Below are positions 19,093-29,696 of a stretch of 64,000 nt of DNA, one piece after another. Position 1 is the first letter of the stretch. Each line of letters opens with the position of its first letter. This DNA is from an uncultured Muribaculaceae bacterium (GTDB lineage: Bacteria > Bacillota_I > Bacilli_A > RF39 > UBA660), in the NCBI GenBank assembly GCA_964458035.1, contig CAYWFZ010000003.1, positions 8,297-72,296 on the forward strand, read 5' to 3'. The translations under genes and the position numbers were made by a program. A model generated the notes under the pieces. That model did not search any database and had not been told where the DNA came from. It was given only the letters and a program-made list of their open reading frames with translations.

Positions 19093-19842
19093 TTATATCG
19101 AAAATATTTTTCTTATATTCTCTTCTGTCGTTTCTTCGACTTCTACTAAAGATATATGCTTTAAATTAGCTAAATATTCTGCAATAGTTTTAATATATTT
19201 AGGTTCATTAGAATATTTTCGGTATGGTTCCGGAGTCAAAAAAGGTGAATCAGTTTCTAAAACAATCCTATCTAATGGAATATCTTTAATTATCTCATCA
19301 ATCTTTGAATTTTTAAAAGTCATTACTCCCCCTACACCAATAAAAAACCCCATCTTAATTAACTCATGTGCTGTTTCTAAACTACCAGAAAAACAGTGCA
19401 TTACTCCTTTAACATTATATTTTTTTAAACAATTAATTGTATCTAAAGTTGCATCTCTTGAATGAATAACAACAGGCAATCTATATTGTTCTGCAAGTTG
19501 TAATTGGTATTCAAATGTTTCTATTTGTTTTTCTTTTGTATCTTTTCCATAATAATAATCTAATCCAATCTCGCCTATTGCAACAAACTTTTTATTATCT
19601 AAATTATCTTCGATTAATTTCTTTAACTCTTCTAGATTATCAAAACAATTTTCTGGGTGTATTCCAAGAGCAATATAAATATCATTATGCTTTTTTGCTA
19701 TATCAATCATCTCAACTGAAGAGGCTAAACTATCTGCAGCACTTATAAATCTTAATACACAAAATTTTTTGGCATTTTCAATTGTTTCATCTAAATTTGG
19801 AAAAAATTCTTTAGTTAGATGGCAATGTGTATCAGTTAACAT
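19093..19842 (-). CDS. tatD: TatD family metal-dependent DNase/hydrolase
   Basis: MLTDTHCHL N-terminus and TatD fold motifs. The ATG at 19842 is preceded by AGGAGGAG. The ORF track extends to 19863. Confidence 0.9.
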   Translation of the reverse strand: MLTDTHCHLTKEFFPNLDETIENAKKFCVLRFISAADSLASSVEMIDIAKKHNDIYIALGIHPENCFDNLEELKKLIEDNLDNKKFVAIGEIGLDYYYGKDTKEKQIETFEYQLQLAEQYRLPVVIHSRDATLDTINCLKKYNVKGVMHCFSGSLETAHELIKMGFFIGVGGVMTFKNSKIDEIIKDIPLDRIVLETDSPFLTPEPYRKYSNEPKYIKTIAEYLANLKHISLVEVEETTEENIRKIFSI

Positions 19843-19880
19843 ATTAACTCCTCCTATTAACAAAAGAAGAATAAGACACC

Positions 19881-21419
19881 TTATTCTTCAGTAACATCAA
19901 TTCTTTTAAATAATGGTTCAGGATCATTTAAAGTTGAGCCAACTACTAATCCACCAAATTCAGAAATTGTATCAATTCCAACAACATCGGTATTTAGTTG
20001 TCTAAATATTTCATTACTTGTATCTGGCAAGAATGGTGTCAACAAAACAGCTCCTATTCTTATAGATTCAAGTAAATTATAAATAACAGTTTTTAGTTCG
20101 TCATTTTTTGATTCATCTTTTGCAAGTACCCAAGGTGTTGTTTCATCTATGTATTTATTACATCTCTTAAATATTTCCATTACTGAATCAATTGCTTCAG
20201 GTATTTTTAAAGCATCCATACATTTATCAACATTTGCTTTAGCCGATAAAACAACATTTTTTAAGTCTTCATCAAACTCAGTTGACTTATCACTTTTTAC
20301 AACAATATTATCAAAATATTTCTTATTCATTGCAATCGTTCTATTAACTAAATTACCTAAAACATTAGCTAAATCTGCATTAGTACGATTAACTAAAGCT
20401 GTTTCAGAGAAATTACCATCATTTCCAAACGGTACTTCTCTTAATACAAAATATCTAACAGCATCTTTTCCATATGCAGCAATATATTCTCTTGGGTCTT
20501 TATAATTTCCACTACTCTTAGAAATCTTACCACCATCAATAACTAACCATCCATGTCCAAATACTTGTTTAGGTAATGGTAAGTCTAGTGCCATTAACAT
20601 AATTGGCCAAATAATAGTATGAAATCTTACTATTTCTTTTCCAACTAGATGCAAATCAGCAGGCCAAAACTTCTTAAATAATTCGTCATTATCACTTAAA
20701 TATCCTAAAGCACTAATATAATTGCTTAAAGCATCAATCCAAACATAAACAACATGTTTATCATCAAAGTCTACTGGAACTCCCCATTTAAAACTCGTTC
20801 TAGAAACACATAAATCCTCTAACCCTGGTTTAATAAAATTATTAATCATTTCATTTTTTCTTGATTCTGGTTGTATAAACTCTGGATGTGATTCAATATG
20901 TTCAACTAAACGATCAGCATATTTACTTAATTTAAAGAAATATGCTTCTTCTTTTGCTTCTTCAACATCTCTTCCACAATCAGGGCATTTTCCGTCAACA
21001 AGCTGCGATTCTGTCCAAAAAGACTCACAAGGCGTACAATAAAGGCCAGAATATTCACCCTTATAAATATCTCCTTGATCATAAAGACGCTTAAATATCT
21101 TCTGTACCGTAGCAACATGTTCAGCGTCAGTAGTTCTTATAAATTTATCATAAGAGATTCCTAAATTTGCCCATAAATCTTTTGCATCTGCTATTATTTT
21201 ATCAACATAATCTTTTGGAGTTACTCCTGCTTCTTTTGCTTTTTTTTCAATCTTTAAACCATGTTCATCTGAACCTGTCAAAAAGAAAGTATCATATCCA
21301 TTTTGTCTTTTATATCTTGCTATTGCATCAGCAATAATTGTAGTGTAACAATGCCCAATATGAAAATTAGCACTTGGATAAAATATAGGTGTTGTTACAT
21401 AAAATTTTTTATTTTCCAT
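19881..21419 (-). CDS. metG: Methionyl-tRNA synthetase (short form)
   Basis: HIGH-type motif PSANFHIGHCYT, zinc knuckle CPDCG, and the KMSKS region. Confidence 0.96.
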   Translation of the reverse strand: MENKKFYVTTPIFYPSANFHIGHCYTTIIADAIARYKRQNGYDTFFLTGSDEHGLKIEKKAKEAGVTPKDYVDKIIADAKDLWANLGISYDKFIRTTDAEHVATVQKIFKRLYDQGDIYKGEYSGLYCTPCESFWTESQLVDGKCPDCGRDVEEAKEEAYFFKLSKYADRLVEHIESHPEFIQPESRKNEMINNFIKPGLEDLCVSRTSFKWGVPVDFDDKHVVYVWIDALSNYISALGYLSDNDELFKKFWPADLHLVGKEIVRFHTIIWPIMLMALDLPLPKQVFGHGWLVIDGGKISKSSGNYKDPREYIAAYGKDAVRYFVLREVPFGNDGNFSETALVNRTNADLANVLGNLVNRTIAMNKKYFDNIVVKSDKSTEFDEDLKNVVLSAKANVDKCMDALKIPEAIDSVMEIFKRCNKYIDETTPWVLAKDESKNDELKTVIYNLLESIRIGAVLLTPFLPDTSNEIFRQLNTDVVGIDTISEFGGLVVGSTLNDPEPLFKRIDVTEE

Positions 21420-21422
21420 AAA

Positions 21423-21857
21423 TCATTTCTCCTTATCATATATTTTTTTATTCAAATAATTATTAATAATTACTTTTGATGGATCACATAGATTCTTAGG
21501 AAGTTTGTCTAAATCAAAAAAGTTATAATCCACATGTTCCTCTGTATCTCCTAAAGAGATTTCTCCGCTGTACATCCGTGCCAAGACTCCCACAGTTAAA
21601 AAGTGAGCATATTCATTTATATCATCATTTAAAGATACAACTTTCAAATCATCTACATCTAAGTTAACTTCACATTTAACTTTTCTCTTAGCAGCGTCAA
21701 ATATCGTTTCACCAAGTTTAACTTTTCCAGCAGGCAAAGTCCAGGTGCCTTCTAGACGCATATCACTTTGAGCTTTATCTTTATCTTCATTTCTCAAAAT
21801 AAGCAAAACTTGATTATTCTCATTTAGTATTATAATACCTAAACCAACACCAGGCAC
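21423..21857 (-). CDS. NUDIX hydrolase
   Basis: Nudix box-like GKVKLGETIFDAAKRKVKCEV, 144 aa. First gene after the T-box leader. Confidence 0.6.
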   Translation of the reverse strand: MPGVGLGIIILNENNQVLLILRNEDKDKAQSDMRLEGTWTLPAGKVKLGETIFDAAKRKVKCEVNLDVDDLKVVSLNDDINEYAHFLTVGVLARMYSGEISLGDTEEHVDYNFFDLDKLPKNLCDPSKVIINNYLNKKIYDKEK

Positions 21858-21861
21858 AAAG

Positions 21862-22085
21862 ACTCACCTCCTAACAAAAAAAATCATGAACTAATAAGGA
21901 CGAGAATACATAGCCCGTGGTACCACCTTAATTCATGACTTAAATCACCTTATTTATCTTAACGCGATATAACGATTTAAACTCCAGACCCATTCGACTA
22001 AACTCTATCTTGTTTGCTTTCACCTAATCAAACTCTCTTATTAAGACTTAATTTAGCTTCTTTCCTTCGCTGTTTAACATCTATA
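21862..22085 (-). ncRNA. T-box riboswitch leader (probable methionine specifier) controlling the NUDIX-metG operon
   Basis: The minus strand reads AATTAAGGTGGTACCACGGG at 21914-21933, matching the T-box consensus AATTAGGGTGGTACCGCGG. A terminator arm (CCTTATTAGTTCATGA) plus TTTTTTTT and AGGAGGTGA RBS follow before the ATG at 21857. Upstream are stem-I-like AGAGAG and a GAATGG candidate AUG specifier. A -35 TTGAAG lies near 22110. Confidence 0.65.
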
Positions 22086-22116
22086 ATCTAACACAATTTA
22101 AATTAATCTTCAAGAA

Positions 22117-23139
22117 CTATTTGCTTTTTAGTTCTAAAAAATGTATAGGAGGATTTTCATATCTATCAGGATTCCCTTGATTTTGATAACACCTAACAGA
22201 TTCAATTAATTCTCCAAAATATGAAGAAAGATATTTATAAGCATTTTCTTGCTTTATTTCTTGAACAACTTCTTCATAAACCTTCCGCGCTTCATCTAAT
22301 GTGATTATTTTTAAAGAAAAATCTAAACATTTTTCATCAGGATATTTTGCACAGTTTTCTGGTAAATTAGGATCTACCAACGTCCTTCCACCAAAAGTAT
22401 CATAAAATGCAAGACGTGTTGTATCCATATTTTTGTGGTGCTTTAAAAAGTATTCATAATCTTCATATAAACATTCATGATCTGTAGCAATAACATTTCT
22501 CTTTCTTCCTTTATGTTTATCTACTAAATCTAGTGAGCTTACGGGTAAATATATTTTTCCAACTTCTCTTATATTACTATCAAATATTCTTTCTTCTTTA
22601 GTTCCACAACCAAATTCATGATAATAAGGTCTTTCAAAAATAGAATGTTTAAAATCAATTTCCCAATCCCTAATTAATTCAGCTAATTTAAAATTAATTG
22701 TATTTCCCTTAGTAAATTCAATATAACGGTTATCTGAATAAAACTGGTTTATTTTTCCATCAACATAACTTAAAAAAATTGTATAAGGATGATCAAAATT
22801 ATCAAAGGATTTACCTTGACAATATTCTAAATATTTAACATCTTTGCCCGATGCTATTATAACATCCATTATTGTTCCGAAATTAAACATAAGATGAGTT
22901 GTTGCAAAAGAAAAACCAATCAATTTATTTCCCATCTTAATATAAAAACAATTATTACCTTTTTTCATCTTAATCGTTTTTCCATTTAAAACAATATATG
23001 CCTCACTCTTATCATAGTCATAATTAATATTTAATCCCATATTATTAAAAAGTTCATTTAACTTACAAAGAGATTCTCTAACATTATTAACTTTATATAA
23101 CTTTTTATCACCTTTACTGAATATTTCTTTTCCTTCCAT
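22117..23139 (-). CDS. Hypothetical protein (340 aa)
   Basis: ORF only. Confidence 0.5.
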   Translation of the reverse strand: MEGKEIFSKGDKKLYKVNNVRESLCKLNELFNNMGLNINYDYDKSEAYIVLNGKTIKMKKGNNCFYIKMGNKLIGFSFATTHLMFNFGTIMDVIIASGKDVKYLEYCQGKSFDNFDHPYTIFLSYVDGKINQFYSDNRYIEFTKGNTINFKLAELIRDWEIDFKHSIFERPYYHEFGCGTKEERIFDSNIREVGKIYLPVSSLDLVDKHKGRKRNVIATDHECLYEDYEYFLKHHKNMDTTRLAFYDTFGGRTLVDPNLPENCAKYPDEKCLDFSLKIITLDEARKVYEEVVQEIKQENAYKYLSSYFGELIESVRCYQNQGNPDRYENPPIHFLELKSK

Positions 23140-23197
23140 AAAAAATACCCCCCTTGTAGGAGATATTTTAACATTTAATTAAAAATTATCAAGAAAA

Positions 23198-23347
23198 ATC
23201 AATCATCATTTTCTAATAACCCTAAAAGTTCCTCTATTTCTATATCATTATCGCTTACATCAACTGCTATAGTTAATTCTTCATCATTTAGTACATCTTC
23301 CATTTGTGCATTTATTTTTTCTTTAACTAATTCACTATTCTCTTCCA
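23198..23347 (-). CDS. Possible small acidic protein (49 aa)
   Basis: Hand-translated MEENSELVKEKINAQMEDVLNDEELTIAVDVSDNDIEIEELLGLLENDD. Weak RBS; sits between mfd and the 340-aa gene. Confidence 0.25.
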
Positions 23348-23372
23348 TAAATATCTCTTTTCTAAAATACTG

Positions 23373-26300
23373 CTAACTAATCATATTAATAATTTCATTT
23401 AATAAATTTACTAAATAGTACACAAAATGTTTATCTAAATTCACAAGAGAAAGACTTATATATATACGTTTCATTCTATAGCTTAACCTAAATTTAGGAT
23501 TAATGCTATAGGCTATTAAGAATAGTTTATCCCCCTGAATTTTATTTGAAACATCTTCAGGAAGTTCTACTTCTAAAAGAGTTTCAGTCTGTCTGATTCT
23601 TTTAATATTTAACTTTTGAGCTAATTTTTCAAACCATTCTTCATACATATATATATTCATTTCTTCACTTATATTACCGAATCTATCAAGTATTTCTTTT
23701 CTTACCTGATCAAGACTCTCTTGATCTTTTATTTCATTGATAAGTTGATGAATTTCAATTTTTATACTTTCTTCAGATACATATTCATCACTTATATGAT
23801 TTTCAACTTCAATTAAAGGATTTGTATTTTCTTCTTCTAAAACTTCTTCTCCATTTAATCTCTTTATCTCATCATTAACCATCTGTGTATATAATTCTAA
23901 ACCAACTGAATCAACAAAGCCAGCTTGTTCTGCTCCCAATAAATCTCCAGCTCCTCTTATAGATAGATCTCTCATCGCAATCTTATATCCGCTTCCGAGT
24001 TCTGTAAAATCTTTAATTGATTGAAGTCTTTTTATAGCTGTTTCAGTTAATACTTTAGCTTTATTGTACATTAAATAAGCATATGCAATCTTATCGCTTC
24101 TACCGACACGACCTCTTAATTGATACAACTGAGCAAGTCCAAAATTATCTGCATCAATTACAATTAAAGTATTAACATTCTGAATATCTATACCAGTTTC
24201 AATAATTGTAGTACAAACTAATACATCATACTTATAATCAACAAAATCAGTTACAATATCCTCAAGTTCATTCTTATCCATTTGTCCATGAGCCATAACT
24301 ATTCTTGCATCTGGAACTAATTTAGATAATTTATCTACCTCATCTTGAATAGAAGCAACACGATTATATAAAACGAAAACTTGACCATCTCTAGATAATT
24401 CTTTATAAATTGCATCTTTAATTAAAACATCTTGTTCTTCAACAACATAAGTTTGAACAGGATATCTATTTACTGGAGCTGTATCTATAATTGATAAATC
24501 TCTAAGTCCACTCATCGCCATTTTTAAGGTCCTTGGTATAGGGGTTGCCGATAAAGTAAGTACATTTACATCATTTTTTAGTTCTTTAATTCTCTCTTTA
24601 TGAGTTACTCCAAATCTTTGTTCCTCATCTACAACAAGTAAACCCAAATTGTTGAACACTATTTCTTTATTTAATAACTTATGTGTTCCAAAAACAATAT
24701 CAATTGATCCGTTTTTTAACCCTTCATATATCTTCTTTACTTCAGAAGGCTTAGTAAATCGATTTAAAAGGGCTATATTAACAGGAAATTCTTTAAATCT
24801 ATCTAGTGCATTATAGTATTGTTGGCGAGAAAGCAAAGTTGTCGGACAAAGATAAGCAACTTGATAACCGTTTATAATAGTTTTAAACATTCCGCGAAAC
24901 GCAACTTCCGTTTTACCAAATCCTACATCACCACACAAAAGTCTATCCATTGGAACACAAGATTTTAAATCATTATCAATTTCCTTAATAGTCTTAATTT
25001 GATCGCTGGTTTCATTATAATCAAAATTAGAAGCAAAAACTAGCTCATCATCAAAAGTTTCAAAAACAGGACCCTTTATATTAGTTCTTGCAGCATACAA
25101 TTTAATTAGTTCATCACTTATATCTCTAATCCTATTTTTTACTTTCATTTTTGTTTTTGCCCAAGTAGTAGAATTAAGCTTATTAAGTTTAGGTGGTGTT
25201 CCATCTTTATCAGAATATTTATATATGGTTGTTATTTTCTCAACAGGTATATATATTTTATCATTGCCTAAATAATTAATTTTAATATAATCTCTTACCA
25301 TTCCGTTTTTTGAAATTGGTTCAATACCACCATATATTCCAATACCATGCTGAGAATGAACTACATAATCACCAACTTTTATATCTTCAAAACTCTTTAT
25401 CTTTCTACCAATCTTCATATTATTCTTATAAACATTAGATACATGTGCATCATCTATATCAAATTCTGAAATAACGATATACTTATCAATCATAAATCCT
25501 TCATTAATTTTTACATTCAATATATTAATAGTGTTTTCTTTAATTGATCCAATATTTGAATTAGGTAAGAGTTCTTTTATAGCGTCAATTTGTCTTTCTT
25601 TAGAAAGGCATATAATTACTATATTTGTCTTACATTTAGACACGCAAAAATCTTTTAAAGATTCGTAATCACCTTTAAATTTAATAATATTTTTTGAATT
25701 ATACACAATAGAATTAGAAACATTATTAATTGTTTCAACTTTTATATAATTAGTAGGATTCAATTCATCATAGTCATACATAAAATCTGTAATTAAAGCA
25801 TCATTTTGATATTCTATTACATCTTGCTTTATCTTTGAAAAACCATTAAGTATTTGATTCTCATCAACAAAAAAAGTAAAAGGATCTTGCATATATTCTA
25901 GAATAGAACTATGTTCATTAAAATTAAGTTCCTGAATTGGCAATATAGATGTAGAAGTTATTTCATTTATTGATAATTGAGTCTCTTCATTAAAAACACG
26001 GATTGCTTCTATTTCATCCCCAAATAATTCAATTCTAATCGGATGGTCCGCATCAATTGGAAATACATCTATTATAAAACCACGAACCGCAAATTCGCCA
26101 GTGGAAGTAACAAGAGAAGTTCTAGCATACCCATACTCTTCTAATGTACTAATAACTTTTTCTCTATCTAAATTACTACCCTTATTTAAACTGATTTTTA
26201 AATTTTTAGAAGTCTCATAAGATGGAAGAAAACGCAAATATCCCATTAGATTCGTAACAACAATACATTTTTCATGATTTTTAATATACTCTAATGTTTC

Positions 26301-26573
26301 AAGTCTATTAATCTTCAAATCTGGAGAAATAGCAAGTGCGACAGACGATAAAAAATCATCCATTGGAAAAAGACAGACATCATCTGTGTATGTCTTTAAT
26401 TTTTGATATATTTTATTCGAATCATATAAAGAATTAGTAACAATTAAAACATTTGAATTATTAGATTTAAAATAATTATAGTAATACAATATCAATAATT
26501 CATTAGTTAATCCACATATTCTAGAATGAGTTTCATATTTAAATAAAGAATCTAAAAAGTCCACTTTAATCAC
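23373..26573 (-). CDS. mfd: Transcription-repair coupling factor
   Basis: 1066 aa with helicase motifs LLCGDVGFGKTEVA and DEEQRFGV, a UvrB-homology N-terminus and the TRCF domain. Confidence 0.96.
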   Translation of the reverse strand: MIKVDFLDSLFKYETHSRICGLTNELLILYYYNYFKSNNSNVLIVTNSLYDSNKIYQKLKTYTDDVCLFPMDDFLSSVALAISPDLKINRLETLEYIKNHEKCIVVTNLMGYLRFLPSYETSKNLKISLNKGSNLDREKVISTLEEYGYARTSLVTSTGEFAVRGFIIDVFPIDADHPIRIELFGDEIEAIRVFNEETQLSINEITSTSILPIQELNFNEHSSILEYMQDPFTFFVDENQILNGFSKIKQDVIEYQNDALITDFMYDYDELNPTNYIKVETINNVSNSIVYNSKNIIKFKGDYESLKDFCVSKCKTNIVIICLSKERQIDAIKELLPNSNIGSIKENTINILNVKINEGFMIDKYIVISEFDIDDAHVSNVYKNNMKIGRKIKSFEDIKVGDYVVHSQHGIGIYGGIEPISKNGMVRDYIKINYLGNDKIYIPVEKITTIYKYSDKDGTPPKLNKLNSTTWAKTKMKVKNRIRDISDELIKLYAARTNIKGPVFETFDDELVFASNFDYNETSDQIKTIKEIDNDLKSCVPMDRLLCGDVGFGKTEVAFRGMFKTIINGYQVAYLCPTTLLSRQQYYNALDRFKEFPVNIALLNRFTKPSEVKKIYEGLKNGSIDIVFGTHKLLNKEIVFNNLGLLVVDEEQRFGVTHKERIKELKNDVNVLTLSATPIPRTLKMAMSGLRDLSIIDTAPVNRYPVQTYVVEEQDVLIKDAIYKELSRDGQVFVLYNRVASIQDEVDKLSKLVPDARIVMAHGQMDKNELEDIVTDFVDYKYDVLVCTTIIETGIDIQNVNTLIVIDADNFGLAQLYQLRGRVGRSDKIAYAYLMYNKAKVLTETAIKRLQSIKDFTELGSGYKIAMRDLSIRGAGDLLGAEQAGFVDSVGLELYTQMVNDEIKRLNGEEVLEEENTNPLIEVENHISDEYVSEESIKIEIHQLINEIKDQESLDQVRKEILDRFGNISEEMNIYMYEEWFEKLAQKLNIKRIRQTETLLEVELPEDVSNKIQGDKLFLIAYSINPKFRLSYRMKRIYISLSLVNLDKHFVYYLVNLLNEIINMIS

Positions 26574-27119
26574 CTAGTTGTATTTACTCATTAAATCAGT
26601 AATAGTATCATAATTAAAATTTTCTATAATATCATATATATATTTAAAATTATCTCGGATATTTTTTAACTCAATTTTAGAAAAAGATCCTAAAACATAA
26701 TCTTTTGTATCTTTGTCTTTATCATGAGAAATACCAATTTTTACACGAGCAAAAGCATCAGTGTGAAGTGATGCTATAATATCTTTTATTCCATTATGTC
26801 CACCAGATGAAGAATTCACTTTTATTCTAAATATCCCAACTGGCAAATCTAGATCATCATGAATAACTAATATATCTTTATAATCTAATTTATAATATTT
26901 TGCAAAAGAGGATACAGCAAAGCCTGATAAATTCATATAAGTTTGAGGCTTCAAAAAAACATATTTTTCACTATTAATGGTAGTTTCATAATAAAGACTT
27001 TTAAACTTAGATGACCATTTAACTTCACCCAAATAAGAATCAAGTACCATAAAACCAATATTATGACGAGTATTTTTATACTCGCTCCCAGGATTTCCTA
27101 AACCAACTATCAACTTCAT
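26574..27119 (-). CDS. pth: Peptidyl-tRNA hydrolase
   Basis: MKLIVGLGNPG...TRHNIGF signature. Confidence 0.95.
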   Translation of the reverse strand: MKLIVGLGNPGSEYKNTRHNIGFMVLDSYLGEVKWSSKFKSLYYETTINSEKYVFLKPQTYMNLSGFAVSSFAKYYKLDYKDILVIHDDLDLPVGIFRIKVNSSSGGHNGIKDIIASLHTDAFARVKIGISHDKDKDTKDYVLGSFSKIELKNIRDNFKYIYDIIENFNYDTITDLMSKYN

Positions 27120-27125
27120 CTTACC

Positions 27126-27860
27126 TCACCTCTCAAATATATTTTTATAAGTTTTATAGTTCTTCACAAAAATTGGAGGAAGAACTTGTACATAATCTTT
27201 TCCATTAAACATAGCTTCAACTAAGATTAAACTAGCAGACACTTTTTCATTATCATGAACAAAAGCTAATCTTTTTATTCCAAAATTATATTTATGCAAG
27301 ACATCAAAAACTTCTGCTAATCTAGTAACGTGATGTACTAAATAAAAATATCCTTGATTTTGAATTACCTTAGATACATTTAAAACCAAAGAGTCCAAAT
27401 CAATTTTTATCTCATGTCTAGCTACGGCTTTTATCTCGTTATCGTTTAATAATCTATCATCATTTACTTTAAAATATGGTGGATTACATGTAACAACATC
27501 ATATTTTTCACGATTTAAAATGCTTGTTAAATTACTAACATCCGCATTAATTAATCTAATAGTTTTTAACTTATTACACTCTATAGACTTCAAAGCTAAA
27601 TCATAAATGTCTTTCTGTATCTCTACACCAGTAATATCCAAATTTTTATCACCAAACTTATATTCTAATATCATTGGAATTGGTGCATTTCCTGAACATA
27701 AATCCAATATTTTATATTTACCTTTTCTCAATTTAACAAATTCAGCTAGCAAAACAGAATCAATCGAGAATTTAAAATAATCGTCATTTTGATAAATAGA
27801 ATAACCATAATCAAATAAATCATTCTTTTGAAGAGAACTCATATTCTTTTTTATCTCCAT
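27126..27860 (-). CDS. Class I SAM-dependent methyltransferase, YabB/TrmN6-like (NPPY)
   Basis: DLCSGNAPIP and VTCNPPYF motifs. Position equivalent to yabB. Confidence 0.7.
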   Translation of the reverse strand: MEIKKNMSSLQKNDLFDYGYSIYQNDDYFKFSIDSVLLAEFVKLRKGKYKILDLCSGNAPIPMILEYKFGDKNLDITGVEIQKDIYDLALKSIECNKLKTIRLINADVSNLTSILNREKYDVVTCNPPYFKVNDDRLLNDNEIKAVARHEIKIDLDSLVLNVSKVIQNQGYFYLVHHVTRLAEVFDVLHKYNFGIKRLAFVHDNEKVSASLILVEAMFNGKDYVQVLPPIFVKNYKTYKNIFER

Positions 27861-28605
27861 CTATTAAAACAGTATACTTATTATTTAAAACATCTAGGCT
27901 AACTACTTTGCCTGAACCATCTTTTGTTTTAACAATCTCCCCCATTTTAGGCAAATATGCACGATGATCAGTGTAAACTTCATCCTCGTATGATAAACAA
28001 CATAAAAGTCTACCACAAGCTCCATTAATCTTAGTTGGATTCAACGCTATATTTTGGTTTTTAGCCATATTTATACTTATTGTATCAATACCATTTAAAA
28101 ATTTTGAACAACATAATTCTCGCCCACATTGTCCTAAGCCACCAATTTCTTTGGATTTGTCTCTTACTCCTAATTGATGTAATTCAATCCTTGTTTTATA
28201 TTTAGCAGCTATTTCTTTGACTAAATTTCTAAAATCTATTCGAGAATCAGCTATAAAATTAATGGTCAATTGTTTTTTATCCAAAGTAAATGATGCATCT
28301 AGAAGTCTCATATCCAAATTCATTTCTTTTACTAATTGCCTAGAAAAAGTCAAGGCCTCACTTGCCTCCTTAAGATTTTTCATATATTTATTATAATCAT
28401 TTTTGGTAGAGATTCGTAAAATAGACTTCATTGAATCAACATCAAAATTCTTTAAACCAGTTACATTAGTTTCACATACTTTAGCAAACTGTTCACCTTT
28501 TTCTGTATCAACAACAACAGTAACATTTTTCTTAATATCTAAATCATTGTTTCTAAAATAATAAATCTTACCAAAATCTTTAAATTTCACTCCACATATG
28601 TTATT
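27820..28605 (-). CDS. PSP1-domain protein (YaaT/RicT-like)
   Basis: PSP1 C-terminal domain with Cys-rich CGRELCCSKF...CGRLLCC. The likely start is M14 (MNNICGVKF) at 28605, which avoids overlap with holB. Synteny holB-yaaT. Confidence 0.8.
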   Translation of the reverse strand, partial: NNICGVKFKDFGKIYYFRNNDLDIKKNVTVVVDTEKGEQFAKVCETNVTGLKNFDVDSMKSILRISTKNDYNKYMKNLKEASEALTFSRQLVKEMNLDMRLLDASFTLDKKQLTINFIADSRIDFRNLVKEIAAKYKTRIELHQLGVRDKSKEIGGLGQCGRELCCSKFLNGIDTISINMAKNQNIALNPTKINGACGRLLCCLSYEDEVYTDHRAYLPKMGEIVKTKDGSGKVVSLDVLNNKYTVLIDGDKKEYEFSSKE

Positions 28606-28612
28606 CATATAA

Positions 28613-29476
28613 TCACTCCCATAGAATAAAAAACTTATTAACAATTAAATCTTTATTTACATAGATAATCAAGTCATTAATGATATTATCTAATATTTTA
28701 ATTCTTTTTACAATAAGAGATAAATCATTAGTAGTAATAGAGGTTAAAATTTTTTCAACATATTCTAAATTATTATACAAACATAACTGAATATTCTCAT
28801 ATTTTAACACATAAAACTTTTTTATCAACTTAAATAATAAATCTATTTCTTCTCTTTCTTTTTTAGATATATTTTTACTATCAGCCATCAAAGAATATTT
28901 TGGTTCATCATTTAATCTTGATGTTAAACTAAGAGCAAGGTCAAAAGCTGAAGCATATTCATCTTCAGTAATATCTAATAGATCCAAAACAGAATTATTT
29001 CCAAAATGATAATTATAAATTTCACATCTACTTCTAATTGTAGGTAAAATTGCATTAAGTTTATCAGTTATAAAAAATCCAACAATTTCACCATCAGGTT
29101 CTTCTAAAAATTTTAACATTTTATTTGCTGAAAAATCATTCATCTTATCAGCATTACAAATTATATAAGTAGAATACTTAGAAATAGATGGTTTTGTAGA
29201 AAAGCAATTAATAATATTTAGAATTTGATCTTTTTTAATTTCTTTTCCTGATTCTTTAACTAAAATAACATCAGGATTAGTATTGCTATCTATAGTTTTG
29301 CAAATATTACAACCATCATTACCTGAATTATCACAATTAATTGTTTTCACTATATCTAAAACATCAGCAAGGCACTTTTCGATATTATTTGTAAAAAGCA
29401 AAAAAGCATGAGAATTATTTTTCTCATGGAAAGAATCAATAATCAATTTTTTTATATCATCTGTTTTCATACTCAC
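28613..29476 (-). CDS. holB: DNA polymerase III delta' subunit
   Basis: AAA+ clamp-loader layout with LPTIRSRC sensor motif. Follows dnaX/recR as in Bacillus. Confidence 0.75.
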   Translation of the reverse strand: MSMKTDDIKKLIIDSFHEKNNSHAFLLFTNNIEKCLADVLDIVKTINCDNSGNDGCNICKTIDSNTNPDVILVKESGKEIKKDQILNIINCFSTKPSISKYSTYIICNADKMNDFSANKMLKFLEEPDGEIVGFFITDKLNAILPTIRSRCEIYNYHFGNNSVLDLLDITEDEYASAFDLALSLTSRLNDEPKYSLMADSKNISKKEREEIDLLFKLIKKFYVLKYENIQLCLYNNLEYVEKILTSITTNDLSLIVKRIKILDNIINDLIIYVNKDLIVNKFFILWE

Positions 29477-29670
29477 CTATATCTAATCATCAACAAAATA
29501 TAAATAAAAACACCCGGAAATCCTAAAAAAGTATAGATAACAGAACTAATATAATTTATTGGAAGAAAAAAATCATATTTAATTAAAAAACAATTTAAAG
29601 AATAGACTAACAAAATTGAAAAAACAAATCTTTTTAAATATATTTTTATTTTATTCATAGCATCCACCAA
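29473..29670 (-). CDS. Possible small membrane protein (65 aa), coupled to holB
   Basis: Two predicted TM segments; its stop overlaps the holB start. No homology recognised. Confidence 0.3.
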   Translation of the reverse strand: MVDAMNKIKIYLKRFVFSILLVYSLNCFLIKYDFFLPINYISSVIYTFLGFPGVFIYILLMIRYR

Positions 29671-29696
29671 TTAATTATATTAATGTAATGATCCAT

